In this document: piece after piece, positions 49,790 to 63,489 of the stretch | Position numbering within the stretch: the stretch's first letter is position 1 | How the letters are laid out: each line of letters opens with the position of its first letter | Source: Isurus oxyrinchus | Taxonomy: Eukaryota | Reading direction: 5' to 3' | Assembly (NCBI GenBank): GCA_026770705.1 | Contig: JANJGN010000010.1 | Coordinates: 121,024,001-121,088,000 of the forward strand | Length of the DNA stretch: 64,000 nucleotides | Notes under the pieces: model-generated | The model's input: only the letters and a program-made list of their open reading frames with translations | Database searches by the model: none | Told to the model about the DNA's origin: nothing | Position numbers and translations under genes: made by a program

Positions 49790-50350
49790 TAAATGGCATG
49801 TGTTATGTGTTAAAAGGTGAGTGAAAGTTTTCTGGGATTTTTATTTTCTTTTGAACTGCAGTCAACTCACAAGCCCCGTGGTTGCTGCTGCTATGAATCC
49901 CAGAGGCACTTGTCGCTCAAACCAGGAACCAGGTTTGTGATGAGCTTTGGCAGTCATTCCATTCAAACAGGGGCAGAAAGCAGACCCTAGCATTGTGTAG
50001 CAGGCAAGATAAGCTGCCATTTGACTGCAGCCAGAAAGACATTTCTGCTGAAGAGTTACCCCCACAACCTGGAGGTGAATGTAATTTGAAATGGGGAACA
50101 AAACCCCAAATGGTATAATTAAAAACGCAGTTAAACAGTTCCGGAATGCTGAGTTGAATACCGCCTTCGCCAGAGACAGTAATCGGCCTTGTGCTGTGCT
50201 GGGATCTGACAGCAACTTGACAAGGATTTGTGCAGATTAACCTATCAATGGCCTTTACTGAAAGGATCAGGCAGGTCAGGAAAAGCCGAATTAGGCAGGA
50301 AAAAAAAGAAGCATCTGTTTCAAAGTTTTATCCGATTACGATCTTATATC
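49790..50350. promoter_or_regulatory. Candidate conserved enhancer in intron 4
   Basis: TE-free, complex sequence with retained CpGs, TAAT cores, TGACAG (50207) and ATCAAT; conservation not tested. Confidence 0.35.
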
Positions 50351-51734
50351 CTATAACCTGAAACCATTCTCTGAGGTCTTCTACTTGGTGATGGACAAGG
50401 AGAGAGGGGGAACCAAACCTCTTAACAATTGATCAATAACAGATAACAAGGTGTGTCATTGCATAAGAACATCTAGTGTCTTGAGACAGGAAGAGCACAA
50501 ATTTAACTCATTGTAGATTTCTGTATTTTCCTTATACATGAGGTGGCTGGAAAGCAGCAAGGGCAAGCATGGGTGGGGGAAGGGGAACTGTTAGAGAAGC
50601 AGCCTGTTTGGAAAATATCACAGCCCATTAGTTAGAAGCATGAAATGGAGACAACTTCAGGGACTCTATTAAGCACACTGTGTTTAGGCAGGCAGCCGTC
50701 CCTAGGCATTATGTGCTATTCTGGAGACTTCGTGCAAAGAGAAATAATTGGACATGGGAAATCAACTGAGCTTCAGTGACACTAATGGATTGAGGCCAAG
50801 AAAATGATCAGTTTCCTTCTTTTAACATAACATTTGAGACAAGTTTTTGGTTTTCTTAAAATATATTTTTCAAAGAAAACAAGGAACATAAGAGTCAAAA
50901 GGAGCGTATACCAAATTAATTTATCAAATACGTTAATAGTATGTGAAATAAACTATATCTTAAACAAAATTTAAGCAAAAATAAAATTAAATCACACAGC
51001 TAGATGTGTTGCAGAATAATATTAGCCCAATCTGTTGCAATGGAACATGTCATAAAATATTCAAAATCTTTTGGGTGCCCCTCGGTTTATCTGACAGAAG
51101 GTTCCATAAAATGAAAGTACTACAGCATACATATCCTTAAAAATCAAATGCAAAGAATTAATGTATACTCTTAACAATTTTGCCAACCTATTTCTGCTGA
51201 TCTTTTAAAGCAAGTTATTTCTCTGCCAGAAACAGCAGAACTAGGCAAGTCACACTGACTGACATCTACACTGTGCCAATGACATGGGTGAGGGGGAATG
51301 GGGGGCACTGTTAGGGGAACACAGATTCAGAGCAGTTGATGCAAGGCAGTTGGATTAGCATAGTCCATTTCAATGCAATCATTGAAAAACTGAGTGTGAT
51401 GATATCTACAAATGTTAGTTTAGCTTCTTCACACTGCAACTGATCCAAAGCATCCCCTCTCCTATAACTTACCAGCACTAAATTAGAAATGCCTCAAATA
51501 TTCAAAAATAGAAATCTGTAGATTAAATTAAAAAGAAGCTAGTTTCTCAAAAATACGCAACTAAAATCAAGTTCTCAACCGTATGGAACAAATGTTTAGA
51601 AGGACCAGTGGTATGAGTTTTTATTTCTCAACAAAAGCTCTGCTATTGGCCTGGAATTTGTGATGAGAATAATGGTGAGGCTCCAGCACTCATTGTTATA
51701 ATGGAGGAAATCTGAAGGAAATTTATGGATTATG

Positions 51735-52085
51735 CATGTTCCTTTGTCTTTCTGCCCATCCAGCTGATTCTGAGCACCGTCTGCAACACCCCATTTTCAA
51801 AAGCAGGTGTCCTCCTCTCATCCTCTTCCTTCAGAATCCAACTCTCAAATGCATATAGTGCAACACTGCACACTAGTGACTGTACTAGACATTTTTTCAG
51901 CTTCATTCTGATGCTTTTGGATTTCTAGATACAACTTAAGTCACTGGTCACGCCTCTTGTTGTAGCTAATCTGATCTTGAATTCATTCTTGGATGTAACT
52001 TGGCCATTTATCATTGAGCCACGGTACTTGAAATTGTCCACTGCCTTTATCTTGGTGCTTCCAATCTTGATGTTTCCATTGCTAT
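51735..52085 (-). mobile_element. RTE-clade LINE fragment
   Basis: Minus-strand NIKIGSTKIKAVDNFKYRGSMINGQVTSKNEFKIRLATTR matches the RTE V..FKYLGS.I......EI..RI..A motif, followed by CSVALYAFESWIL (LLYG.E.WTL). Confidence 0.75.
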
Positions 52086-52209
52086 TTAAAGCCATAAACT
52101 CTAGAAATTTCTGGAATGTGCACATGCACAGTTAAACATGGAAATTTGGAAGTTGCTGGCAGAGATACCTTGCAGCTCCAATGGGTGCATGGTTGCAGTA
52201 CCTCCCCCA

Positions 52210-52800
52210 TGGGGCCGAATTTTGGGTTAAATGTGCTGTCCTGCAGTTCTGCAGCCACTTGGCTTCTCTCTTAATTATTTACATGCTGCCCACAGTGACA
52301 TCATTGGAAAACATGGAAGCAGTTTCCGCATGTTCGGAAACCACCCTCAGTTGTGATTGCTTCGTCAACTCCAAAACTGTGGCCATTCTGTCCTATCTGA
52401 TGTTAAGATCTGAATAAACCACAACTTCCTTCAGTTCATGTCAGCAAAACCAAAGCCTCACAAGTACTTGCATTCTTCTGTCCTTAAATTAATTAATCTC
52501 CTCTGCTCCCACCTGAGGCTAAGTCCAGAAATGATGAACTTTGACTGTGGTTCACATACTCTCACACACCAATGCACATGTACCCCAAACTTTACAACAG
52601 TTCATTGGCTTGCTCTATAACTAGAGAAGCGGCCTTCAAATCCCTCATGGCAATGCCACTCCCTATTTTGCTAATCTCCTCCAACTGTACATCCCTGCAC
52701 ATAAGTATGGTTCCTCTGCAACTGACTTGCTTCTCATTCCTCATTCTATCTCGTCACCAGCGGTTCCTCATTCACTGTTGCCATCTGAAATTTCCTCATT
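52210..52800 (+). mobile_element. Degraded L2 LINE fragment
   Basis: Pyrimidine-rich; ttcaaatccctcatggc...ccctattttgctaatctcctcc (FK.LHG.AP.YL..LL motif). Confidence 0.45.
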
Positions 52801-55489
52801 TCCCTACTTGCTTGTATCTACATATCCTTGACCATCTCCAACCACAGTTACCTCATTTTTTACCCCTGGAGAAAAAAACTAACCTCAGCTTTTTCACTAA
52901 CATACTGCAACTGTCAACTCCCTTTTGGTGGCATCCATCCTTCACAATACAGCTACTTTTATTGACTTACATTCACACTGAATCCTTGGTGCTATCCTCA
53001 AGCTGACTTTTATCCTTATATAGTACTCACCCCCATTCTCTAAAGTCAGAGGGTTGCAGATTTGAGCACTTCCTGATTATGAATGCCCTAGTTGTTCACC
53101 AACCATATCTGACTTGGCAATTTTAAAGGTGAGGAGGAAGTGGCTAAGGTTGCTATGCATATAGTCAGAGACCTAGGAGATAAAATAGTCCCTAAATTTC
53201 TTTAATTAACATTAGAGGCAGGAAAGGAGAGAGGTTTAAAAAAAGGGAGTTGGGAAAGCATTTAATTGCCTAGATGTAGAGTGCTTCTACTCCTACCTGT
53301 CCCAACATAACTATTGCAACTCCAGCAGTAACTTCTCTTTCTGCTTCCACCCAATCATCCCCAGATAACCACAAAACTGTCTCTCTCTTTTTTACTTCTT
53401 TTACATCTTACCCTTCAATGATATCTGTAGGTATGTTAGTCAGTTTCCATGTGCACGCTGAGGATACATAGGTCCATGACCAATGTAATTGCTATAGATT
53501 CCACAGCCATCTTTCAGATGATGTCGAAGTGTTGGTCTGACATTGTCATAGATGCTCTGGAGCTTAATCGAGTTGAGCATTAGACAGTCCAAAATGGACT
53601 TATTTGGCTGCTGCCATAAACTCCCTACTTTTCTCCTTTCCTCTACCCCAGTGCTTCTATTGAGGCTGAATCAGTTGGCGCACAAACCAAAAGCCCCATA
53701 TTCTGTCAATGATCATGATTACTTATTTCACCTCTGCACTCTTATCCAGCTCTGCCTTTACTTGGCTTATAATGCTGATGAAGCATTTTAATATTCCTTT
53801 ATTTGAAAAAAATTGTTTCAAACCTCATTATGAATTCACATACCAGTGAAAATAATCTTTTTCCTTTATTTGCCCTCTCAACCTCTTGAAAACCTTGACA
53901 GGTGACCACTGGAGACCAGACAATCCTGACATTTAATAACAAGTAAGAAACGATTTCTAGGTGTTTAGAAATGGGCTTAAAGCAGGTGACTTTAATGTGG
54001 AGCTCGCACTTGTAGCAGCATAATGGGCCAAATGGGTCCCCTCAGTGAGGAAATTCTTTGATTATTCGAAATTCCATTCTGCAAGACTTGCAAATCAGTT
54101 TTGTTTAAATAGACAAGTACAGCATTTAAGAGTTTGAGAATTAGGAACCTTTTCACTGATGCAACATACAGCAGCACAGGACATGTATCTTGTTTCCCCC
54201 CCAAAAAAAAAATTAAAGCTAGGAAATAACTCTTGCCTGTTTTAGATTTCTACTCCTACAACCTACCTGTACCTCTTCCCTTCAACCCTTTTTGGATGCC
54301 CGAATTCCATTCACCTTGCCGTTTCCAGGTCAAATTTAGAGCTTGCTTCCTATATCAAAGTCTTTAAAACTATTTCACTGTGACTACAAAGGTTTAGTTT
54401 CACTCAGCTTCCTGCAATGCCTCCATTAGATAGGATCTACGTTCTTCTCAGATCCTCTAACGTCTTTGTTAGTGAAGAATTTGCTAACATTGATGCATGA
54501 GTTCCAGTGATGATATTGAATAGTTGCAGCTTATGTCCTCTCAAACGGATGCACTTTTAACAGCAGTTGCTGTTGTAACTTTGCTTCATAATTCTTTGAA
54601 CTTTGTGTGAACATCCTTCTTTGTACAGGTTTCCACATATTTCAACTTAAGTCTCTAAGTGTCTCCTCTCTAATTCCTTTTTCCTCTTCTATAGCACAAT
54701 CATTGCTTTTTTGGCCTTAACGACACAGATAATACTTGGATGCAGCATTGCAATGCCATTTACACAAGATTGATTTTATCCCCCTAGAATAATCCACTAC
54801 TTTTGTCAAACTTGGACAAACGGTAATCTTTTCTATCTTGATACTCTGTTCCAACGTTTTCGAACTGATAAAAATTCAAATCACTTCTATTATTCGACCC
54901 AGTTCTTCGGACATTCTCCAGGAACAGTGGTTACAAAATTGTCTCAACACTTTCATTCAACCAAGACAAATAGACTATATTTTTCCAGCAAATGTTCAGA
55001 TATCTTCACAGCCAAATTGAAGCGTACAGGAAGATAAAAGTAAATTGTAAGATGAGAAAAAAATACATATAAAATGGATATTTTAGAGAAATGAGCAGTT
55101 TTATTGCTCATCAAAATTTTGAGCCATGTCTTTTTTCAAAGGGAATGGTTATTTTCAAATGTGAAGGGGCAAAAATCCAATTAGGCACGATATCAGTTTG
55201 GGATCATGATGTGTGATTACCCCACGCCCAGTCCTGCTGAGGCAGGCAGCATGCAAACAAACTTTGTGCTCATCACCTCAACAACATGATTGTAGCGCTC
55301 AACCCAGCACAAAACCCACTGCTGACTGGTTGCACGCTTGACACACAGCCCGGCAGTGCTTGTGGCTAGCATGATGCACAGCTGGCCTGGACCTCTTAAA
55401 AGAAGGTGCACTCAGGCTATAGCAACTGCTGGGACATTGTCAGGAAGGATTTGGTGGAAGGAAGAGGGCTAGTAATAGAGCAGCAGAAC

Positions 55490-55685
55490 AGAAAGAGGGC
55501 TCCTAGGTTTTCAGATCTGGCGATGGTTGCGGGGGGGCAATAGGAGAAGAGACCTTGTTTCACAGGGGGCCAGACGGCCCTCAAGGCACACAATGTGAAT
55601 GAAATAGAAGCAGGTGACTAGGGAGATCAGTTACTGGAATCTGGCCTAAGGGCCTGGCTGTAGTAATCCAACAAGTTCAGTCATG
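55490..55685 (+). pseudogene. Harbinger Myb/SANT-like DNA-binding protein remnant
   Basis: Translates roughly as KRAPRFSDLAM...NRRRDLVSQGARRPS......QVTREIS......W....NKF, with in-frame stops; matches the Myb/SANT-like (Myb_DNA-bind_5/MADF-type) pattern. Confidence 0.65.
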
Positions 55686-56974
55686 GGATGGTTGTGACTG
55701 AGTGTACTAGCACTCTCTGTGGGCATTTGTGTGCGTATGTACTTATAGAATAAACAAGTTTTCAGTTGGGTACTTTGGACTCCATGTCAGCACACTGTCT
55801 CTTTTTTGTCTTGCGAAGATATCACACTAAGGCCATTGTATCTGGTGTCACTATGAACATTCAGGAAGGATGGTAACCTCCTTATGGCCCACCTTACAGT
55901 TCACTTACCACATCCTCTTACCAGACATGAATTGCAAGCAGTAGATGGTGTGACCATGCACCTCTTGCTTTCCATTCTGCCCACCTTCCCTCATCCTAAC
56001 CTTCCCATTCAGCGATTTTGCTTTCAGATACCCAATACTTGTAACCTGGTCAGTTTGTGCAGTTCCAAATCTCAAGAGCAACAGCAGACCTCTGGCGAAG
56101 CACTGTCATTTGATCTGACCATCGTAGCCAGCAGCTCAGTTATTGGCACAGTTAGAGGGTAGCACTGACTCAGAACCTGCATGTGGTGAGACACCTGGCA
56201 CGAGTGGGCTGCAGTCAGAGCAAGGGGGAAAAGGTAGCACATCTGCCAGCTTGCCCAAGGGTAAGGTCACAGACCAGTTCTGTTCCACTGGCCTCAAATG
56301 CGACTGTAATGCAGTAGGGTACATGAGAACACTGATGGGCATGCACACTGAGATGTTTGGTACATTGGCAGGCTTGCCACAGAGCTTCAGGAACACGGAG
56401 GAGCCAGCTCCAAATTGGCACAGGGCTTCACATAGAACATGGAACCTTTCTTTATGGTATGGAAGTGGTGGCCAACTCTATTTCATCACTTGTGGATCAA
56501 ACTACGATGCAACATCTGATGTCCCACATTCCATTGCAGCACAGACAGAAGTTGAGTGGTGCAATGGAAGCTCAGACTGAGGTTATGAGACCCATAACCA
56601 TGAGGTGGTGCAGTCCGAAGTTGCGCCCTGAAGGTCCTTAGCTGCTTGAGGACATACTGCAAGGCCATCTGCAGTCTCCCCCACTGAAAGTCAGGAGCCT
56701 CCTACCAGCCATGCTGCAGCCACTGGGGTAGCACTGCGTAGGAACACTAGGCAGGCAAAGGCACCTGCACTACAAGTACTAAAGGAATACACAAGGGTGA
56801 ATAGTTCCATTGAGCACATATTATTGGAAGTGTTCTTGAATGAAACTATTATGGAATGGTTTATTTAGTGATGGTTTTTCTTTAAGGATTTTGGCCAAGT
56901 GGATGTGTGATGGGATGTAGCATTGTTGCTGAAATGTGGGAAAATATGGGGCAACTGTGATGGGGAGATGAGGT

Positions 56975-57590
56975 CACGGGAACTGAAGTCTGAGTATCTG
57001 CTCACTAACAGCCTGTCTGGGGCGAAGGGGTCCCAATGCCACCTCCCTTCCTCCTCCTCTTCCTCCTCCCGATGAGCCCTCCAAAGGCCTGATGGCAAGG
57101 GTTGCACCGTCATGAATATGAAGCTGTGGAGGGCACAGCACACCGCCATGAACTTGGGGAATTGTCCTGTTGAGCCATCCAGGCAGCGGAATCATTGTTT
57201 CAGGATGCCAGTGGTTTGCTGCACAACGTTCCTGCTGGCAGCATGGCTCTCATTGTGGCTGTGCTATTCTCGCCTGGTTGGGTGGCAAAGAAGAGTCATG
57301 AGCCAGGTATACACTGGGTATCCCTTGTCACCCCGCAGCCAGCCTCTGGTTGCTCTTGGTGGATGAATGGAACAGCTGACTGGTGCTGGATGAAAGTGTC
57401 GTGCCTGCTGTCAGGACATTCACTGTCAGGATCTTCTGCGCATGGTCGCAGACCAACAAGCAGGTCAGCCTCCTTACCGTCAGGGATTGCTACATGGGCT
57501 AGGCCTGAAGTTGCTGGTAGCATTCCATACTTAGCTCTGTAGCATCGCTAAACTTCATGGTCACACTCGTGCAGACTGAAAGAGAAAACA
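56975..57590 (-). pseudogene. Harbinger DDE transposase remnant
   Basis: Minus strand: HDTFI..QSAVP, GCGVTRD/GYP region, VVQQTTGILKQ*FRCLD, MAVCCALHS, acidic EEEEEEE tail; parallels 34063-35220. Confidence 0.8.
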
Positions 57591-60102
57591 CTGCTCTGAA
57601 AGAACCATTAAACACTTTTTAACAGTGCCCTCACTAGTTATGGCCTTTCCCTTCCAATGCCCTTACCTTTTCTTCTGTACAGCAATCATTGCTTTTATAT
57701 TTCCCCTGATCATTGAGTGCCTCAAACTCTTGTCACCTGTTATTTCTCAAATTGTGTTCTATAAAATTCTATTTGTATCCCACTTGACAATGGCTCTTGT
57801 CTTCATCCTGGGTTGACCCCAAGATTGCTGCCATACCTTGCTCTTTGCTATTAGAACTGGGAAACAGTGAACAAAAGTGTGGCACACAGTGGAAGCACAG
57901 TATCATTTATAGAATGATTTCAACCATGCTGAGTAGTTTGGTGAGGAGTGAGCCTTGTGCAGTCAGGACTGTGGAGGGAAATGTTTTTATTGGTGGTGCA
58001 ATTGCATCCAGTAATGGAGACTAATGAAAAACTAGTGGTGGGAGAGGAGAACTGGCTGCACCTCAGACATTTAACTCCAGTTTTGAAGAAAAAAGATTTG
58101 AGTGAAGGTATTAACATTTTACATGCTTTTGCAGGTTGTGGTATTTCAATTGTTTCTGCCAGTTTAGAGTGGTTTACATTGTATGCAGTGGGAAAATGAC
58201 CCGAGTTCCATTTTAAATTGCCTTGAATCTTACATACATAATTGATTAATGGAGGAGTCTCAGTGCAAGTACATTTTTATCTATATTGTTTTTGTAAGTT
58301 TTTGGAATTCTGTTTCCATTGTGGTATTTAATTTCATAGTACTTATTTGAGCGTCAAAATATGACATCCAAAGTGTTTCAGAGTACAAGTCAATGGCATT
58401 CGGATGGTGGTCCACAATATTTCCTGATGCAGAACAGTATTTTTAACAATGGCTTTTGCAGGAACATATGGTTTCTTAAGTAAATTATACTTGATGGTAT
58501 CTAGAACCCAAAGAACAATAAATAAAGAAAACTCCCATGTGACTATAGCCCGGAGTCAAAGGTTTGAGACGTTTTGCAGGCTGGAGCCAACATAGACTTT
58601 TTTTGTTTTTAAAAAAAAGTCTTTTTGTCAGCACTCCTTGTCTTGGTACCTGCACATACAGAAATAAAAAGCAGTCACTTGAAACAGCAGAGATAGGATC
58701 TAATCAGCCATCGCAATGTCCATTTACCACACATTGTAACATTTCAGGCGTCTCTCTGCTTGGGTCTCGGAGGTAAAGCTCATGTCATCCCTTACATTTT
58801 CCCTTTGTACACATCATTTCCCGGTGAATGCAGGATTTATTCCCGAGCTAAACCCTTCTTGACAGGTTTGTTATCTGCTCACTCGGTCGGCAAGCCCTAG
58901 AGAGTATAGTATAGCTGTTAGAAGATGACTAGAAAGCAGGGCAAGTAAATGCCAACAGTGCTGTGAAGGAGGGATATTATAGCTGCGAGGGACCTCAGAG
59001 AGTATCGCCTGTCTTTTATGTCTGCTTTACAGTCAAAGCTTCATGTAAAGCAACAGCCCTTTCTGGCCTAAATATGATATTGATTGGAAACCATTTAGAA
59101 ACTGTTTTTATTGAAGGTGACTGACGAGGGTTCAAACTTTGTTTACACATCCTCGCAGATCCCTTTGTGTTTGCTCTCTCAGGCTTCTCATATTTAACCA
59201 CTTGTGGTGTGATTGTTGTAATGCGGGGCAAATTGGTCTTACTTACCAAATCCTCTTCTGGCCTTTGGTTCTGAAAGTCCATTAGCGTTTGTATTGCGTT
59301 ACTATACAGAATCGTAACACATGTCTCCATTTACTCCTTTCATCTGACTCCAGGTTTTCAGCAGATGCAAAGTCTTTGTGTGAATAAGGTCCATTGGGTC
59401 TTGGTCGATCTGTAGAAGTAATCATATAATTTCCTCCTTCTTCTTAAATGTGGACTCCAGTGTTTTGCTTGCAACAGAACACTACATCAAAATTATTTTA
59501 ATACATTTTTGCTATTAAAGCATTAGTCATTGATCTGCCACATCTCCAGCTCAAAATCTAGCCCCCATATTGAATACATTAATATTAAGGCAGAGCGAAT
59601 TTTCCACCTCTGTCGCTTAAATGAAACATGTCTTTGTGCTATTATTATTTTAATTTGTTGCCATAACCCGAAGCAGTTTTTTTTAACTTTGGATTGTTTT
59701 AAAGAATTATAAATGGAGTTAATTTTCAGAATTAAATCCCATGAAACAAACAGGAGGAAAATAATGCAGCATTATGTCTGTTTTCTTAGAAACATTTTAA
59801 GAAGTACTTTTTGATTAACTTTAATGGAGGAGATGGTATCACAATTCAAAAATGAGATTCACACAGTAAAAGAAAGTATTTTTGTATCATGACTGTTAGT
59901 TCTATCAAGGATTAGTGCAGTTATTTTTTTACCTGATGCTCTCATAACACTGCAGATATTGGATTGAAAACAGAAATGTGTATGAAATGGCTGTAACTGG
60001 AAGCCATGTTGATTATGGTGAAGATTGTAAGTGACGTTGTGGAACATTTGAACCTTTTGGGTTATCCTAAGTGTTTAGTATTTATCATAGCATTGGTTAG
60101 AG

Positions 60103-60440
60103 CAGCGTTTCCCAAACTATTTTCAAATGTGACCCCATTTTAACACTTGAAAATTAACATGACCCCAGACACCAACAAAAACAAAACAGCAATAAGTAAC
60201 ATGCATTCAATACATGATTATTAAAGTGTTAAAGTTTGCATATTATAGATCATATATAATTATTCATAAATTTGAAAATTTGTATTTAAAGTACTGTGTA
60301 ATAATATTATTTTATGTACTCACCAGTGCATTATTTGATATGAGCTGCTCCAGCTCATGGACCTCAGTCAAGAAGCAGCGGATATTATTGATGTTCAAAT
60401 TTGTATTCAGCATTACTGATGTATAGCAACATCACACTAG
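60103..60440 (-). mobile_element. hAT (Charlie/Buster-like) transposon end fragment
   Basis: TIR CAGCGTTTCCCAAACT preceded by GGTTAGAG (NNNTANNN Buster-type target); subterminal TGACCCC repeats; minus-strand LNINNIRCFLTEVHELEQLIS resembles the hAT C-terminal dimerisation domain. Confidence 0.65.
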
Positions 60441-61499
60441 GGTTCCTCAAAGACCATCTTAATATCATTGATTTTAATGCGAGATAAGTCAAATAAACTT
60501 CTAATTTTCCACTGAGGATTTCAAAAGACACAATATAATATTCATCATCCTAGAGGCTCTGTGGATTCTGCTACACACAGTGAAACTTTAAAATAGCTAA
60601 ACAACTTATCTGAATATGGAACCATGCTCCTGCCAACCTAGGTTCCGGCTTTATAAGGAAAGTGGAGTGCTTCTGAACAGGCATAGAATATAAAGTGCGA
60701 CAGTTAATGGACACTGAGGTTTCAGCCAAGCTCTCTATTCCCCAGTGACAGAAGATAAAGTAATGCCCCTCTCCACCATCCTGCCACCACCCACTCATAC
60801 ATGTGGCTGGTGTCCATTGGGGAGGCACAACAGCTCTGAATGTCCAAGCCTGAGTCAGTGTGTGCCTGTGGCCCTGCAAGCGACATTTTTAAATCGTCAT
60901 GAGAAGAAGCAAAAAATCCTGAGACTGATAGGCTAGCAGGGCAAAGGCAGGATGCTGCCTGTCTCCCAGTGCAGGGTGCAGTCTTGGAGGAGGGGGAACA
61001 TACCATTCCCATTGCTGTTGCTGGGTCACAGTCCACAGTTTGGGGACAGCAAGCTTGGAGGGTCAAATAATAGTGTTCTTTAGTTTCCATTGCTGTTGGC
61101 TCTAATGATATTATATGAAATGAGTTTTGGGTCCTCAGTTCAATTTGTGTTAAACTGTAATCTCGTTGGTAAGCATGTCTGGTGTGTGAAAAATGGAAAG
61201 ATACGCTTTAGTGTAATAGAGATGTACTTCTGAGGTAAGGTACATTGTTAAGACTGTAGGGGAGTTTTGGTCTGCATCAAACTGTAAAGGTAAAATTGTG
61301 ATGAGCTCTGATGCTGTGGTACATTTACATGCATGCGAGAAAATACCTATGAATAAAGCCTCAACTAGTTTTGGTTCCTGGGTTCCTTCTAGATTGAGAG
61401 TGGCTTCATTTATCTAAGTTTCCCACTTTAGCACTAAAGGGAGGCAGAAATGGAAGGCAAGGAAGGTTAACTGGAATCTACGTCAGCTCCTACTTCAAA

Positions 61500-61810
61500 C
61501 CTCTAACTCCTGGGCACGGAGTTTTTCTTCAGTTGGGAGTGTTGGTAATGACAATCGACATGTGTACAGTCTCGAAGTTTTGATTAACTAAGATACAGTC
61601 TACCCTCTTAGGTGGCTGTAAAAGGTCCCATCCCACTATTTGAAGAAGAACATGGAATTTTCCTAGTGTCTTAGCAAAAATTTATCCCTCAAACTACATC
61701 ACTTTGGAGGAAAAAAAAATCTGGTCATTTATCTCGTTGTTGTTTGTGGAATCTTGTACGCCCAGCTTAGTTGCAGCAATTCCCTATATTACAACAGTGG
61801 CATGTAAACG
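61500..61810 (+). mobile_element. Deu-domain SINE fragment
   Basis: cagtctaccctcttaggtggctgtaaaaggtcccatcccactatttgaagaagaacatggaattttcctagtgtc...tttatccctcaa...ctggtcattt. Confidence 0.65.
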
Positions 61811-62943
61811 GTTTTATTTTATTGGTTAGTCATATTAAGTTTCTTTTCTGATGTATTGAGCATGGTACCTTCATTTAATTTACAGAATTTTCTTTGGTCT
61901 TTATTCGTTATTCATGTCTATTATTTTGACACTTTGACAATTGACATTCAAAATGCCAATTGGAGTGGTAGTGGAGACGTTTCTCCATAGTGTGTTGCTG
62001 TGGCATGTTTAAAGTTGATGCGAGTGGGATTGATTGGTTTTATTTGATGTGCAGTTGGTTTCCTGCAGTGCTTAGCCTTAGCCTGAGTTTAGCCTTTGCT
62101 ATAGGACAATAGTGGCATGTTTGGCACATTTCAGCTTTGTTTGAGTTGAGGTGGTGCTTAGGCATTATGTGGTATAAAACAGAAAAGAGATGCATTTCAC
62201 AAGATTCAAACTTTGCTTGTTTATTCAGTTTCCTTTTCATTTGCATCTCTCATTAATAGGGCTGTTTGATTATCTGATGCTTTAAGGAACAACATCATTT
62301 TCTTTTGCATTTTCAAAATCAGAAAGTGAAATACTGCATGGTATTTAGCATCCATTATTAATTGCATTTCAATTGTGTTTAAATATATGCTGGTAGAGGG
62401 CGTTAATTGAGGCTTTTCTTGAGCGCATATTAAGAGACACAAACTGTTTGTGGTTGAGTTAGGAGGTATGTGCTTGTAATGTTTGACTCCGTAAATGAAT
62501 ATAAGACTGAGTAAAGATTGGTTCCAGTATTGTCCTTCATCAACTGGCTCTCAGGATTATAACACTCATGTGCAAAGCCATGGCTGATCAGACAGTAATG
62601 TAAGTTAATCAATTTTTATTCAGAAATGCAAGTGATCCCTCTGACCCTTTGTGACTTTAAGTAATCTGACAATTACTTCTTGGTTTTGAAATAAATTAAC
62701 AAGAATAAACCATCAGTTGAGGATTGGGGGTGGGGGAAGTTGGGGCTGTGGGGGGGTGCACATGTGTGATCTAATGATGCACATTGTCAGAATAATATAG
62801 GAGACCTGTGTATTACACATTAGCCAAATCATGCCTGATGTGACAGGGCTTAGTATTATCACTAAGGATAAAGCGGGAATAAGTGCTTCCCTGCAATTGT
62901 CTGTGGCCCCATTGGTCACATACTTGAACGCACAAGAAAACAT

Positions 62944-63426
62944 GGGGAAGAATTTTCCCCCCATCGGGGGTTTGTGCGGGTGCGGGGACAGGTGGGGGCA
63001 GGTGGCACAGAGGTGCCTTAGGCAAATTAGTTTGTTTTAAAAATTTAAATAATGAAAAAATTTTAAGACATCCCCTCGTGACAGTGTCACATGAGCTGGG
63101 ACGTGTCAATGAATTTTTATAAAAATTTTTATTCAATTTATAAACCCTTCATGAAACCTCATCCCGCCCGTGGATGAGGCGCCATGAAAAATGCGAACAC
63201 CGCCTGGGCTCTTCGCCTGCCCACCAACCTTAAGTTTGGACGGGCAGCTCAGTTTATTAGTTTAATTAATTTTTAAATGGCCTTAATAGGCCTTTGACAA
63301 TTCGGCGGGCGCGGGAATCTAAATGACACGCGGTGATGTCAGGATGCATGCCCGATGTCACCCTGCATCATTTTACACCTCAGCGAGCGGGCCCCGCCCC
63401 CAGTCAACGTGGCATAAATTCTCCCC
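62944..63426. mobile_element. MITE (Harbinger-type), relative of 7536-8213
   Basis: TIRs GGGGAAGAATTT and AAATTCTCCCC; possible 3-bp TSD CAT; CpG-rich interior. Confidence 0.75.
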
Positions 63427-63489
63427 ATTATCTCATTTTAAATGAACAGGTTCATTGTGCTAAGCACAGAGCTTTGCAAGGTATAATAT

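Larger units (their letters stand above)
55166..57600. mobile_element. Second degraded PIF/Harbinger transposon with convergent Myb/SANT-like (+) and transposase (-) genes; right end missing
   Basis: Left end GGGGCAAAAATCC; Myb/SANT remnant at 55490-55680; transposase remnant at 56975-57590. Confidence 0.7.
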
